64,000 nucleotides of DNA from Candidatus Omnitrophota bacterium (GCA_030695905.1 JAUYOL010000015.1:8518-72517), one strand, 5' to 3'. Positions 45,555 through 55,114 are shown, counted from the stretch's first letter. Translations and numbers: made by a program. The notes: generated by a model not told the origin, from the letters alone.

Positions 45555-47056
45555 TATCAATGTTGAGGTCAACAGTATTTCTTGTCGGTGCAGGCCCGGG
45601 TGACGAAAAGTTGATAACTGTCAGGGGTCGAGAACTGGTAGGCCGGGCCGATTGTATTATTTATGATAACTTGGTTAATGCTCAAATTTTAAAGAACGCG
45701 AAATTTGGCTGTAAGATTATATATGTTGGCAAGAAAGCGAGCGCGCACACATTATCGCAAGATAATATAAATAAACTTCTGGTAAAAGAGGCAAGGCGGT
45801 ATTGCAATGTAGTTCGCCTTAAAGGCGGAGACCCGTTTATATTCGGAAGGGGTGCCGAAGAGGCGGTATATTTAAGGAAGAAAGGAATAGATTTCCAAAT
45901 TGTTCCGGGAGTCACCAGCGCAATAGCGGTTCCTGCCTATGCAGGCATCCCCCTTACAGAAAGAAGCATGACCTCGACGGTAGGTTTTATCACAGGACAC
46001 GAAGACCCCACTAAGCCGGACTCGGGGGTAGACTGGAACGCATTGACAAAAGCGCTGGGTACGATGGTATTCTTGATGGGCGCGGGCAACCTTGGACTGA
46101 TAGTAAAAAGGTTGATCGCAAGCGGTAAGCCTGTAGATACTCCGGTCGCCGTGATAAGGTGGGGTACTACGGCAAAACAGAAGACGGTGGCCGGTGTTTT
46201 AAGCAACATAGTCAGCCTGTCGCGAAAAAATAAAATATCACCGCCAGCCATAATAGTCGTCGGCAAGACTGTGGAGTTGAGAAAGGAATTGAATTGGTTC
46301 GAGAAGAGGCCTCTTTTTGCAAAAAGGGTGATCGTCACCCGTACGCGAGAGCAGGTCAGCGAACTTTCGTGTAAACTCCGGGATCTGGGGGCTGAAGTTA
46401 TCGAGATACCTACAATCAAGACCGTATCGCTTAAATCCGATACGTTGTTAAGAAAAGCTTTTTCATCTGGGAAATACGACTGGGTATTCTTCACAAGTCA
46501 GAACGGCGTATATGAATTCGACGGATTTTTAAATAGATCCGGCAAAGACTGCCGAATGCTGTGCGAGGCGAAGATATGTGCCATAGGTTCCCAGACTGCG
46601 AAGGCATTACGCGGTATCGGCATAAGGCCCGATTACACACCACCGGAATTTACCGCGGAATCTATAGTGGAACATTTTAAAAAGATGCGTTGTCCGGGCC
46701 GAGCCCTTATTCTGCATGCTAAAAAAGCGCGCGAGGTGCTGCCGGAGGGCCTTAAAAGATCAGGATTTAAGGTAATGGCAATAGATTTGTACGATACGGT
46801 TGTGGCAAAGGAAAGTTCCATCGCCCTGAATCAGGCGTTGGCCGAATATGTAGATATCATCACATTTACCAGTTCGTCAACGGTTGAGAATTTTATTAAA
46901 CTTGCCGGGAAAGATTACAAGCGTAAACTTTCCGGAGTAAAACTTGTTTCAATAGGGCCTGTCACATCAGACACGTTAAAAAAGTTCGGTTTAAAACCAG
47001 GCGCGCAGGCCAAGGTCCATACCATAGACGGGCTTGTAAAGGTATTAGTGGAGTAA
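45551..47056 (+). CDS. Bifunctional uroporphyrinogen-III C-methyltransferase / uroporphyrinogen-III synthase (CobA-HemD fusion).
   Basis: N-terminal VFLVGAGPGDEKLITVRGRELVGRADCIIYD (SUMT), C-terminal HemD fold. 501 aa. Confidence 0.85.
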   Translation: MISMLRSTVFLVGAGPGDEKLITVRGRELVGRADCIIYDNLVNAQILKNAKFGCKIIYVGKKASAHTLSQDNINKLLVKEARRYCNVVRLKGGDPFIFGRGAEEAVYLRKKGIDFQIVPGVTSAIAVPAYAGIPLTERSMTSTVGFITGHEDPTKPDSGVDWNALTKALGTMVFLMGAGNLGLIVKRLIASGKPVDTPVAVIRWGTTAKQKTVAGVLSNIVSLSRKNKISPPAIIVVGKTVELRKELNWFEKRPLFAKRVIVTRTREQVSELSCKLRDLGAEVIEIPTIKTVSLKSDTLLRKAFSSGKYDWVFFTSQNGVYEFDGFLNRSGKDCRMLCEAKICAIGSQTAKALRGIGIRPDYTPPEFTAESIVEHFKKMRCPGRALILHAKKAREVLPEGLKRSGFKVMAIDLYDTVVAKESSIALNQALAEYVDIITFTSSSTVENFIKLAGKDYKRKLSGVKLVSIGPVTSDTLKKFGLKPGAQAKVHTIDGLVKVLVE

Positions 47057-47064
47057 AAACTAAA

Positions 47065-48231
47065 ATGATAAATTGTACGAGATTGCTTTCTGGTAAAAAA
47101 GGTTTTTATGACGAGATCCGTTATGCTAAGGGTAAGCCCGCGGACACTAACCGGCCGATAGTGGTATGGAATACCACCAAAAGCTGTAATTTACAGTGTG
47201 TCCATTGTTATTTTGATGCTCACGCAAAGAAAGACAAAGGCGAACTTACGACTGAACAAGCAAGGACCATGATCGACGATATTGCGGCCTTCGGCGCGCC
47301 CGTATTCTTATTCTCCGGCGGGGAACCTTTTATGCGCGAGGACCTGTTTGACCTCGGCAAGTATGCGTTATCCAAAGGATTGCGCACGGTAATATCCACT
47401 AATGGTACTCTGATCACCAAAGATACCGCTAAAAGAATAAAGGATGCAGGATTTTCATATGTGGGCATCAGTCTGGACGGACTGGAGGCTGTGAATGACA
47501 AGTTCCGTAAAGCGCCGGGAGCTTTTAAGAAAACATTAGAAGGGATAAGGAACTGTCACTCATGCGGGGTGCGCGCGGGATTAAGGTTTACTATTAATAA
47601 GCATAGCTTCCGTGATATGGCCGGCATATTCGACCTGATCGAAAATGAAGGCATCAAACGAGCCTGTTTTTATCATCTGGTATATTCAGGCAGGGGAAGT
47701 GCAATGATAAAAGAAGACCTGACTAAGGAAGGGTCACGGGATGCCCTGGACCTTATCTTTGACAGGACTATAGACTTAAGCCGTAAAAGCGAAGATACGG
47801 AAATCCTTACTGTGGATAATCACGCGGACGGTGTCTATCTGTATCTGCGCCTGAAGAAAGAAGGCAAAAAGCGCGCGGACGAGACACTTGAGCTTCTAAA
47901 AATCAACGGAGGCAATAAATCAGGCATCGGTATCGCGGACATCGACAATCTTGGCTTTGTCCACCCAGATCAGTTTTGGAGGCATTATTCTCTGGGCAAT
48001 GTAAGAGAAAGGAATTTCAGTGATATATGGTCCGATGAAAGTGATGCCTTACTGCATAATTTAAGGAATAGGCTTCATCTATTAAAGGGAAAGTGCGGCC
48101 GCTGTCACTTCCAGGATATCTGTGCCGGAAATTTTAGAGTAAGGGCAGAGGCGTTTTATGGCGATGTGTGGCAGGAGGATCCGGCCTGTTATTTGAGCGA
48201 AGAAGAGATATTGAGTGTAAGAGAGGATTAG
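47065..48231 (+). CDS. Radical SAM/SPASM heme biosynthesis enzyme (AhbC or AhbD, NirJ-like).
   Basis: CNLQCVHCY (CxxxCxxC), GGEP, and a C-terminal SPASM Cys cluster CGRCHFQDICAG. Confidence 0.7.
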   Translation: MINCTRLLSGKKGFYDEIRYAKGKPADTNRPIVVWNTTKSCNLQCVHCYFDAHAKKDKGELTTEQARTMIDDIAAFGAPVFLFSGGEPFMREDLFDLGKYALSKGLRTVISTNGTLITKDTAKRIKDAGFSYVGISLDGLEAVNDKFRKAPGAFKKTLEGIRNCHSCGVRAGLRFTINKHSFRDMAGIFDLIENEGIKRACFYHLVYSGRGSAMIKEDLTKEGSRDALDLIFDRTIDLSRKSEDTEILTVDNHADGVYLYLRLKKEGKKRADETLELLKINGGNKSGIGIADIDNLGFVHPDQFWRHYSLGNVRERNFSDIWSDESDALLHNLRNRLHLLKGKCGRCHFQDICAGNFRVRAEAFYGDVWQEDPACYLSEEEILSVRED

Positions 48232-48237
48232 CTTAGG

Positions 48238-49305
48238 ATGGCCCAAAAGCGACCGAAGGAAACTCCCAAGAGGAGACAGAAAGTAGATCTAAGGTTAGTT
48301 GCGTGGGAATTGACACGCAGCTGCAACTTAGCCTGCAGTCATTGCCGGGCGTCAAGTAAGCATGGGCCGTATCCGGATGAATTGACCACCGAAGAATGTT
48401 TTAAGGTCATCGACGATATTGTTTCATTCAGTAAGCCCATTATCATTCTCACGGGCGGTGAGCCGTTATTAAGAAAAGATATTTTCGAGATCGCCGGATA
48501 CGGGAAAAAGAAGGGGCTTACCATGGTGATGGCGCCTAACGGCACGCTCTTAACCGAAGAGAATGTCAAAAAAATAATTAGCTCGGGTGTAAAAAGGATC
48601 TCGGTCAGCCTGGACGGCCCTGATGCCGGCTCTCATGATAATTTGAGGCAGGTTCCCGGTGCCTTCAATACTGCCTGTGACGGAATAGCAAGAGCAAAAA
48701 TAGCCGGTCTTGAATTTCAGATAAATACTACCGTCACCAAAAGAAATATAAAGCTGCTTCCCCGGATAATCAAATTGGCCAAAGACCTTGGAGCGAAGGC
48801 GCACCACATCTTTCTTCTTGTGCCAACGGGTCGGGCAAAAGAGATGGCCGAAGAAGAGTTGTCGGCATCGGAATATGAGGAAACGCTTAAATTGTTAGCG
48901 AGGGAGAAGAAGGGTTCTTCTTTGGAGATAAAGATAACCTGCGCTCCACACTTCAACCGCGTTTTGCTGCAGGAACACGCGGCCGCCGCGCCCAGCCTGT
49001 CCGGCAGGGGGTGCATGGGAGGGGTAAGTTTTTGTTTTATCTCGCATGTAGGCGACGCGCAGCCGTGCGGTTATCTTGAAATCAAATGCGGCAATATACG
49101 CAAACAAGCCTTTAAAGACATATGGCTTGAGTCCGAAGTATTTAATAATATCAGAGATTTCGGACAATATAAAGGTAAGTGCGGCGTCTGTGAATTTAAA
49201 GCCGTCTGCGGAGGATGCCGCGCCCGCGCTTATGCAAAATACAGTGATTATTTAAGAGAGGAACCTTATTGCACATATGAGCCAAAGTTTCCTGTCAAAA
49301 AATAG
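48238..49305 (+). CDS. Radical SAM/SPASM heme biosynthesis enzyme (AhbD or AhbC, NirJ-like), second copy.
   Basis: CNLACSHCR, GGEPLL, and a C-terminal CGVCEFKAVCGGC. Confidence 0.7.
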   Translation: MAQKRPKETPKRRQKVDLRLVAWELTRSCNLACSHCRASSKHGPYPDELTTEECFKVIDDIVSFSKPIIILTGGEPLLRKDIFEIAGYGKKKGLTMVMAPNGTLLTEENVKKIISSGVKRISVSLDGPDAGSHDNLRQVPGAFNTACDGIARAKIAGLEFQINTTVTKRNIKLLPRIIKLAKDLGAKAHHIFLLVPTGRAKEMAEEELSASEYEETLKLLAREKKGSSLEIKITCAPHFNRVLLQEHAAAAPSLSGRGCMGGVSFCFISHVGDAQPCGYLEIKCGNIRKQAFKDIWLESEVFNNIRDFGQYKGKCGVCEFKAVCGGCRARAYAKYSDYLREEPYCTYEPKFPVKK

Positions 49306-49753
49306 ATTAAGCTTGCTGGACAGGCGCATCCTGAACCGACTTCAGGAAGATATTCCGTTTGTAGAAAAGCCTTGGGCATTGATAGCGCAAGAGCTCGGGA
49401 TCAAGGAAGATCATCTTCTGGGGAGGGTCATTTTTTTTAAAGAGAAGGGCATAATCCGCAGGATAAGCGCGGTCTTCTCTCCGCGCAAAATTAATTTTAC
49501 CTCTACCCTGGCAGCGGTAAAAGTTACTCCGGGCAATATCGGGAAGATAGCAAAGAAGATAAATTCCTACCATGAGGTTACCCATAATTACAGACGAACC
49601 GGTGAATACGATCTTTGGTTTACACTGGTGGCTAAGGATAAGAAGAGGATCACACACATCCTGCGCCGGCTTAAGATGGATAAAAATATCGAAACAATAT
49701 CAGAGTTTCCAATGGTAAAATTATTTAAAATAGATGTAAAGTTCTACACCTGA
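49277..49753 (+). CDS. Siroheme decarboxylase subunit (AhbA/AhbB, NirD/L/G/H family Lrp/AsnC-like).
   Basis: About 155 aa with an N-terminal wHTH (LDRRILNRLQEDIPFVEKPW..) characteristic of NirDL-type proteins. Confidence 0.65.
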   Translation: MSQSFLSKNRLSLLDRRILNRLQEDIPFVEKPWALIAQELGIKEDHLLGRVIFFKEKGIIRRISAVFSPRKINFTSTLAAVKVTPGNIGKIAKKINSYHEVTHNYRRTGEYDLWFTLVAKDKKRITHILRRLKMDKNIETISEFPMVKLFKIDVKFYT

Positions 49754-49764
49754 AAGTATATCCG

Positions 49765-50232
49765 ATGCCCTCGAAACTCGACAAAGTAATAATAGGTTTA
49801 ATTTCACGGGACATGCCTTTAACAAAAAAGCCATTTAGGGATTTGGCCGCCTCACTTGGTATTGATGAGGGTCTTTTGCTCGAAAGGATACGATCGTTTA
49901 AAAAAAACGGGCTCATGCGCAAGTTCGCAGCGATCCTTAACCACAAAAAAATAGGTTTTCGGTATAATGCGATGGTGGTCTGGAATGTCCCGCAAAAATT
50001 TGTTGATAAGGCGGGCAGGGCAATGGCTTCATTTGACGAAGTAAGCCATTGTTATCAGAGGGAAAAAAGAAATGGCTGGAATTATAATTTGTATTCCATG
50101 ATACATGGCAGGACCAAGGAAGAAGTTTTCAGCGCAGTTAAAAAAATATCTGTCAGATTAGGGGGAAATTTTGAGCATAAAGCCTTGTTTTCATTTAAAG
50201 AAGAAAAGAAGACGGGAGCCAAATATTTATAA
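49765..50232 (+). CDS. Siroheme decarboxylase subunit (AhbB/AhbA), paralog of the preceding gene.
   Basis: Same architecture (LISRDMPLTKKPFRDLAASLGIDE...). It forms a tandem pair with the gene at 49277. Confidence 0.65.
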   Translation: MPSKLDKVIIGLISRDMPLTKKPFRDLAASLGIDEGLLLERIRSFKKNGLMRKFAAILNHKKIGFRYNAMVVWNVPQKFVDKAGRAMASFDEVSHCYQREKRNGWNYNLYSMIHGRTKEEVFSAVKKISVRLGGNFEHKALFSFKEEKKTGAKYL

Positions 50233-50239
50233 ATATTGC

Positions 50240-50267
50240 TTGACGTTTTTTAGAAATATGCTACAAT
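50240..50267 (+). promoter_or_regulatory. Sigma70-like promoter: TTGACG, a 16-bp spacer, then TACAAT, upstream of the octaheme cytochrome gene.
   Basis: Same hexamers as the promoter at 12465. The ATG at 50284 would give a leader of about 10 nt. Confidence 0.4.
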
Positions 50268-50283
50268 TCTTTACAAAATAATT

Positions 50284-51072
50284 ATGAAAAATTGGAATAG
50301 ATATATATTTATCTTTTGCACAGCCGTGGTATTTGGAACAGCCGCCGTAAGTTATTGCGCCGCCCGATCAGAAGGTGATGCTGTCGAGCAGCCAGGCAAG
50401 ATTGCCGGCGCGACATATGTGGGCATGGAAACATGCGCCATGTGTCATGAAAAGATAGCGAAAAATTTTAAGAGATCCGACCATGCGCGTATAGTCGTCG
50501 CTTCCAAAGCTAAGGAAGGGCAAGCGTGCGAGACTTGTCATGGGCCGGGCAGCCTGCATGCCGATGCCCAGACAAAGGCCGAGAAGCACGCCACCATAAT
50601 TAATCCTAAGAAAACCCCCGAAACTTGTTATCAGTGTCATATGGATAAAAAAGCCTCTTTCAACCTGCAATATCACCATCCTGTGCCCGAAGGTAAAATG
50701 AGCTGTGCTGATTGCCACGATCCGCACGGAGAAGATGCCATCAGGCCGAACACAAATCGGTCTCTTTCACCCAAGAATGCCGTATGCGCCAAGTGTCATA
50801 AGGACCAGACGATGGTTTTTGCTTACGAACATGATGCGTTGAGAGAAGGCTGTACGACATGCCATGATGTGCATGGCTCGATAAATGATAAGATGCTTGT
50901 AGAAAGAGATGCTACCCTCTGCCTAAAGTGCCATTTCCAGGCGAATTTTCCTTCAACAGGTAATATTGGCAATCGAGGGCATGCGACTTCTGTAAATCGC
51001 GGTCCGTGCTGGAGTGGCGGTTGCCATACGGCAGTGCACGGTTCAAATTATAATGACCATCTCAGAATATAG
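50284..51072 (+). CDS. Periplasmic multiheme c-type cytochrome (7 canonical CxxCH plus one CxxxxCH), MtrA/OmaB-like.
   Basis: A signal peptide. CAMCH, CETCH, CYQCH, CADCH, CAKCH, CTTCH, CLKCH, plus CWSGGCH. 262 aa. Confidence 0.8.
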   Translation: MKNWNRYIFIFCTAVVFGTAAVSYCAARSEGDAVEQPGKIAGATYVGMETCAMCHEKIAKNFKRSDHARIVVASKAKEGQACETCHGPGSLHADAQTKAEKHATIINPKKTPETCYQCHMDKKASFNLQYHHPVPEGKMSCADCHDPHGEDAIRPNTNRSLSPKNAVCAKCHKDQTMVFAYEHDALREGCTTCHDVHGSINDKMLVERDATLCLKCHFQANFPSTGNIGNRGHATSVNRGPCWSGGCHTAVHGSNYNDHLRI

Positions 51073-51077
51073 TTAAT

Positions 51078-53144
51078 ATGAAGAAGAAAATAATATCGAT
51101 AGTCTGTATAAATTTTACCTTACCTGTATTACTATGCTCTTCATTGGTTTATGCGGGCGTATCAGAAGCGGGCGGTAATGGCGTAATCTACCCTTCGGTA
51201 TTATCGGTAGTTTCAGTCGGGGACAATGAAAAATTCCAGGAAGATCATTGGATGACGAACAATGTTCAGGGGGGCGTGTCCGATTACAACTATATCAACG
51301 AAGATCAACACGGCGGTTCTATTGTCGCCGACGGAAGGGTGGTCGCGGGCAATAACGACTATCTCTTTAATTTTGACTTAAAAAAAGAGGGGATAGGCAG
51401 CCTTATCTTCGATTTCAAACAGTTCAGGAAATATTATGACGGCACCGGAGGGTTTTTCTCTAACTTTGCGCCCACAGCTGCGTCTCGCTCAACTTATCTC
51501 GAGGCAGACAGAGCGCTTTTTCTGGATATAGGCAATTTTAAGATCGAAGGCACTCTTTCAAAAGAAGAGAACGCAAAATGTATCTTTTTATACGAGCGGG
51601 AGTATAGGCAGGGCACAAAGTCTTTGACAAGCTGGGGCAGTGTGGTCGAAGGCGGGACAACTCGAAATATATTGCCTACTTTCCTCGAAACCGATGAGAT
51701 CGTGGATAAATTTGAGATGAAGATCGAGCATACCACACCAAGCGGTATAGAGGTATCTGCGGAACAAGGGTATGAGAAGGTAAGGGTTGCCAACCAGAAG
51801 GTCAATAACCGGACCTATAATCTGGGTACCGGAGTATTTTCAAGCATCAGGTATAAATACGAAAATCTGAACGCCGATATTTATACAACGATATTGCGCA
51901 TATCTAAGGAGTTGAATGAAAGGGTCTTTTTGTCTATCGCCTTCCTGGAGGACTATAATGTCGGCAAGACAGAAGAAGTTATAACCGATACCTTGGCCCC
52001 CGGACTCGCCTCCACTGCCGAGAACCATCCTTTAAACCCGCAAAAGGTGCGTCAAAATCAGGTTAGCGTCCTTCCTAAGGCGACTATTTTACTATTAGAA
52101 AATTTGACGATGGATGTGGGGCTGAAGTGGGAGTGGATAAAGACGAAGGCTGTTGGAACTTATAATAAGAACAGGGCAACCGCCACCGTAACAGATGAGT
52201 TTGTGGATCTTGAGGTTAAAAAGGATGATAACCATATTGGGGAAACCTTTGGTCTTAAGTACGATGGGATGAGAGACGTAATATTTTACGCGGATGGTGA
52301 ACTCGAACAGCAGCTACGAAACGAAGATGAATCGCAGAGATCCTTCGGTCCTCAACCGGTTGGCACTGATAATTTTTCAAGAGACCAGAATATCCTTAGC
52401 CTTGATTACGATGTCACGTCAGGTTTTAAATGGTACCCTATATCGAAGGTCAATGTTACAGCGGAGTTTAAATATAAACATGGCACGCGGGACTACACAT
52501 TTCTTAGCACCACAAAGGCGGGCGACGTTGTAGGCGGCTACAGGGGTTTTCTTGACGAAATTGAGTACACCTCATACAAGCCTCTCGTTATGTTTAACTG
52601 TAAGCCTTTTAGATGGCTCGCCTGCAATTTTCGTTATGCTTTAGATACAACGGTCTACGGAGTACGGACACCGGCTGCCGAGGCTACCGAAAAAGCTCAA
52701 TACCTGGCGCATATCTATTCCGCGGGAGCCACGCTTACGCCGAAAGATTGCCTTTACATGACATTGTTTTACCAGTACAAACAGGCGTCAACCGAGACAC
52801 AGGCAAATGGTAACGGCGGTTCGGTGGAAAGAATGCCTACATATAACGCGAGTTTCAGGACGTTGAGCGCCTCATGCGGATATTCACCGGTTAAGGATAT
52901 TACACTAAAAGGCGACTACTCGTTCTCCAATGCCGATAACTTTAATGACTTCGTGAATATAGGGTTGCCGCTCGGGCTGGATAACTTTTCACAGGACGCC
53001 TCTATCGGAATTGAAAAAAAGCTCCGCGGCGACTGCTCCGTAGAATTCAAGTATGACTTCACGCAATATCACGAAACCTCTAACGGCGGTATCGATGATT
53101 ACGAAGCGCATCTTTTTTATACCGGATTAAAGATGAAATTTTAG
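51078..53144 (+). CDS. Large outer-membrane beta-barrel protein (688 aa), a candidate porin partner of the upstream cytochrome (MtrB/PioB/OmbB-like).
   Basis: A signal peptide. Abundant Y/G/T/N-rich alternating strands. It ends ..YTGLKMKF (C-terminal Phe). It starts 6 nt after the cytochrome gene. Confidence 0.55.
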   Translation: MKKKIISIVCINFTLPVLLCSSLVYAGVSEAGGNGVIYPSVLSVVSVGDNEKFQEDHWMTNNVQGGVSDYNYINEDQHGGSIVADGRVVAGNNDYLFNFDLKKEGIGSLIFDFKQFRKYYDGTGGFFSNFAPTAASRSTYLEADRALFLDIGNFKIEGTLSKEENAKCIFLYEREYRQGTKSLTSWGSVVEGGTTRNILPTFLETDEIVDKFEMKIEHTTPSGIEVSAEQGYEKVRVANQKVNNRTYNLGTGVFSSIRYKYENLNADIYTTILRISKELNERVFLSIAFLEDYNVGKTEEVITDTLAPGLASTAENHPLNPQKVRQNQVSVLPKATILLLENLTMDVGLKWEWIKTKAVGTYNKNRATATVTDEFVDLEVKKDDNHIGETFGLKYDGMRDVIFYADGELEQQLRNEDESQRSFGPQPVGTDNFSRDQNILSLDYDVTSGFKWYPISKVNVTAEFKYKHGTRDYTFLSTTKAGDVVGGYRGFLDEIEYTSYKPLVMFNCKPFRWLACNFRYALDTTVYGVRTPAAEATEKAQYLAHIYSAGATLTPKDCLYMTLFYQYKQASTETQANGNGGSVERMPTYNASFRTLSASCGYSPVKDITLKGDYSFSNADNFNDFVNIGLPLGLDNFSQDASIGIEKKLRGDCSVEFKYDFTQYHETSNGGIDDYEAHLFYTGLKMKF

Positions 53145-54454
53145 TGAAATCCCGCAATAATGGAAAAAAAAAGTTCAAAAATTCCGCAAACCTTTTTAAA
53201 CTAGCCAAGAAGTTTATTCCAGGAGGAGTAAATAGTCCCGTACGCGCTTTTAAGGCCGTTGGTACAACGCCTCTCTTCATTTCCAGGGGCAAGGGCGCGT
53301 ATGTCTATGATGTGGATGGTAATAAATTCATCGATTATGTCATGTCATGGGGTCCTCTTGTTTTAGGCCATGCCGATGAGAGAGTGGTCGGGCCGGTAGC
53401 CAAGGCTTTAAAGCGAGGCACCAGTTTTGGCGCTCCGACCAAACAAGAAATAGAGTTAGCGCGGTTAGTGACCGACATCTACCCCTCTATTAAAAAAGTC
53501 CGGCTCACTTCTTCCGGGACCGAGGCTGCGATGAGCGCTATCAGGCTTGCTCGCGGATACACCGGCCGTGAGAAGATATTAAAATTCGAAGGCTGTTATC
53601 ACGGCCACTCAGATAGCCTTTTAGTTAAAGCGGGTAGTGGCTTGGCCACTTTTGGGGTTCCTTCCTCTGCAGGCGTGAACAAAAATGTCGCCAGGGACAC
53701 GATTACAATCCCATTCAATAGTATAGAAAAATTCGAAAAAGCTGTCGCGAAGGAAAAAGATAATATCGCCTGCGTTATTGTTGAGCCTATACCGGCAAAT
53801 ATGGGCGTTGTGTTGCCCGGGCCGGGATTTCTTAAAAAGTTAAGACAGGTAACGAAAGAAAGCGGTATCGTCCTGATCTTCGATGAAGTAATAACGGGTT
53901 TCCGCGTGGCCCTGGGTGGGGCGCAGGAGTTTTTAGGGGTATCTCCGGATCTAACCATACTGGGTAAGATTTTGGGAGGCGGCTTTCCCATAGGCGCTTT
54001 TGGCGGTAAGCCCGAGATAATGGATCTTCTATCTCCCGATGGTCCGGTATATCAGGCCGGCACTCTGTCAGGGAATCCCGTGGCTGTCGAGGCAGGTCTT
54101 GCCACCATACGTATTTTAATGAGCAATAAGGTGTATGATAAACTGCGGAATTTGGGGGATGCGCTTGAGTCGGGCTTTCGGCGGATCATCGCACGGCAGG
54201 CGCAGGGTGTAACATTGCAGAGATGTGGTTCTTTGTTCACTCTTTTCTTTACAGAAAAAAAGGAGATATTAAATTATCAGGATGCGTTGGCGTGCGATAC
54301 AGATGCATTCGCGTTATTTTTTCGCGGGATGCTTGAGCGGGGTATATATCTTGCCCCTTCGCAATTCGAGGCAAATTTTATTTCCGCTGCGCACACCCTG
54401 CGCGAGATAGAGAAGACTTTAAAAGCGGCAGAAGCCGCGTTTTTAAAAGAATAA
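53144..54454 (+). CDS. hemL: Glutamate-1-semialdehyde 2,1-aminomutase.
   Basis: IPGGVNSPVRAF; PLP lysine region ..ILGKILGGGFPIGAFGG.. Confidence 0.9.
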   Translation: MKSRNNGKKKFKNSANLFKLAKKFIPGGVNSPVRAFKAVGTTPLFISRGKGAYVYDVDGNKFIDYVMSWGPLVLGHADERVVGPVAKALKRGTSFGAPTKQEIELARLVTDIYPSIKKVRLTSSGTEAAMSAIRLARGYTGREKILKFEGCYHGHSDSLLVKAGSGLATFGVPSSAGVNKNVARDTITIPFNSIEKFEKAVAKEKDNIACVIVEPIPANMGVVLPGPGFLKKLRQVTKESGIVLIFDEVITGFRVALGGAQEFLGVSPDLTILGKILGGGFPIGAFGGKPEIMDLLSPDGPVYQAGTLSGNPVAVEAGLATIRILMSNKVYDKLRNLGDALESGFRRIIARQAQGVTLQRCGSLFTLFFTEKKEILNYQDALACDTDAFALFFRGMLERGIYLAPSQFEANFISAAHTLREIEKTLKAAEAAFLKE

Positions 54455-54495
54455 AATAGACGGTGTCATTTATCATGGTATAATATTCAAAATAT

Positions 54496-54543
54496 CAGGC
54501 CGGGGCTGTGCAAGTAGATATCGACTATACCAGCCCCGGCCTG
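54496..54543 (+). terminator. GC-rich hairpin after hemL (13-bp perfect stem, 22-nt loop, no U-tract). It may act as a terminator or attenuator.
   Basis: caggccggggctg (54496-54508) paired with cagccccggcctg (54531-54543). Confidence 0.3.
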
Positions 54544-54577
54544 TACAAATAGAGAAATAGACAAAGGGGAGGAGAAA

Positions 54578-55114
54578 GTGCGTAAATTGTTTTTTTGGAT
54601 AGTAGTGATGTCGGTTTTTTGTGCGATTGGTTATGTCTGGGCAGAAGGGCCTCATAAATATGTGGGAGTGAAGAAGTGTGCGATGTGTCACAAATCCGAA
54701 TCAAAGGGGAACCAGTATGGCCAATGGCTTGCTTCTGCGCACGCCAAGGCCTATGAAAGGCTCGCAAGCCCCGAGGCGCTGGAATCGGCTAAGAAGAAAG
54801 GTATCGCGGGTAACCCGCAGGAAGCCCCCCAATGTGTAAAATGCCACGTTACCGGTTATGGCGAAGACACCAGCCTGTTTGCCGAAAGTTTTGTAAAGAC
54901 GGATGGTGTCCAGTGCGAGACTTGCCATGGAGCGGGAAGCGACTACTTGAGCTTAAGCGTGATGAAGGACAGGGCAAAGGCCATAGCGGCAGGCCTTATT
55001 ATTCCGACTAAGGAGCTATGTGTCAAATGTCATAACCCGGAGAGCCCGAATTATAAAGAATTTAATTACGACGAATATGTTAAAAGGATAGCTCATCCGA
55101 GGCCGAAAGAATAA
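54578..55114 (+). CDS. Periplasmic tetraheme c-type cytochrome.
   Basis: GTG start with RBS aaggggagg. A signal peptide. CAMCH, CVKCH, CETCH, CVKCH. Confidence 0.8.
   Translation: MRKLFFWIVVMSVFCAIGYVWAEGPHKYVGVKKCAMCHKSESKGNQYGQWLASAHAKAYERLASPEALESAKKKGIAGNPQEAPQCVKCHVTGYGEDTSLFAESFVKTDGVQCETCHGAGSDYLSLSVMKDRAKAIAAGLIIPTKELCVKCHNPESPNYKEFNYDEYVKRIAHPRPKE

Noticed and set aside
51036-51056. CWSGGCH (CxxxxCH) as an eighth heme-binding site in the 262-aa cytochrome.
   Set aside because: Non-canonical spacing. It could bind heme, since Cx3-4CH sites exist, but it cannot be asserted from sequence. I count only 7 secure hemes.
54423-54444. A small GCGGC-agaa-GCCGC hairpin followed by GTTTTT near the end of hemL.
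   Set aside because: It lies inside the hemL coding sequence, 8 nt before the stop. It is probably a coincidental codon-driven structure. The larger downstream hairpin is the more plausible boundary element.
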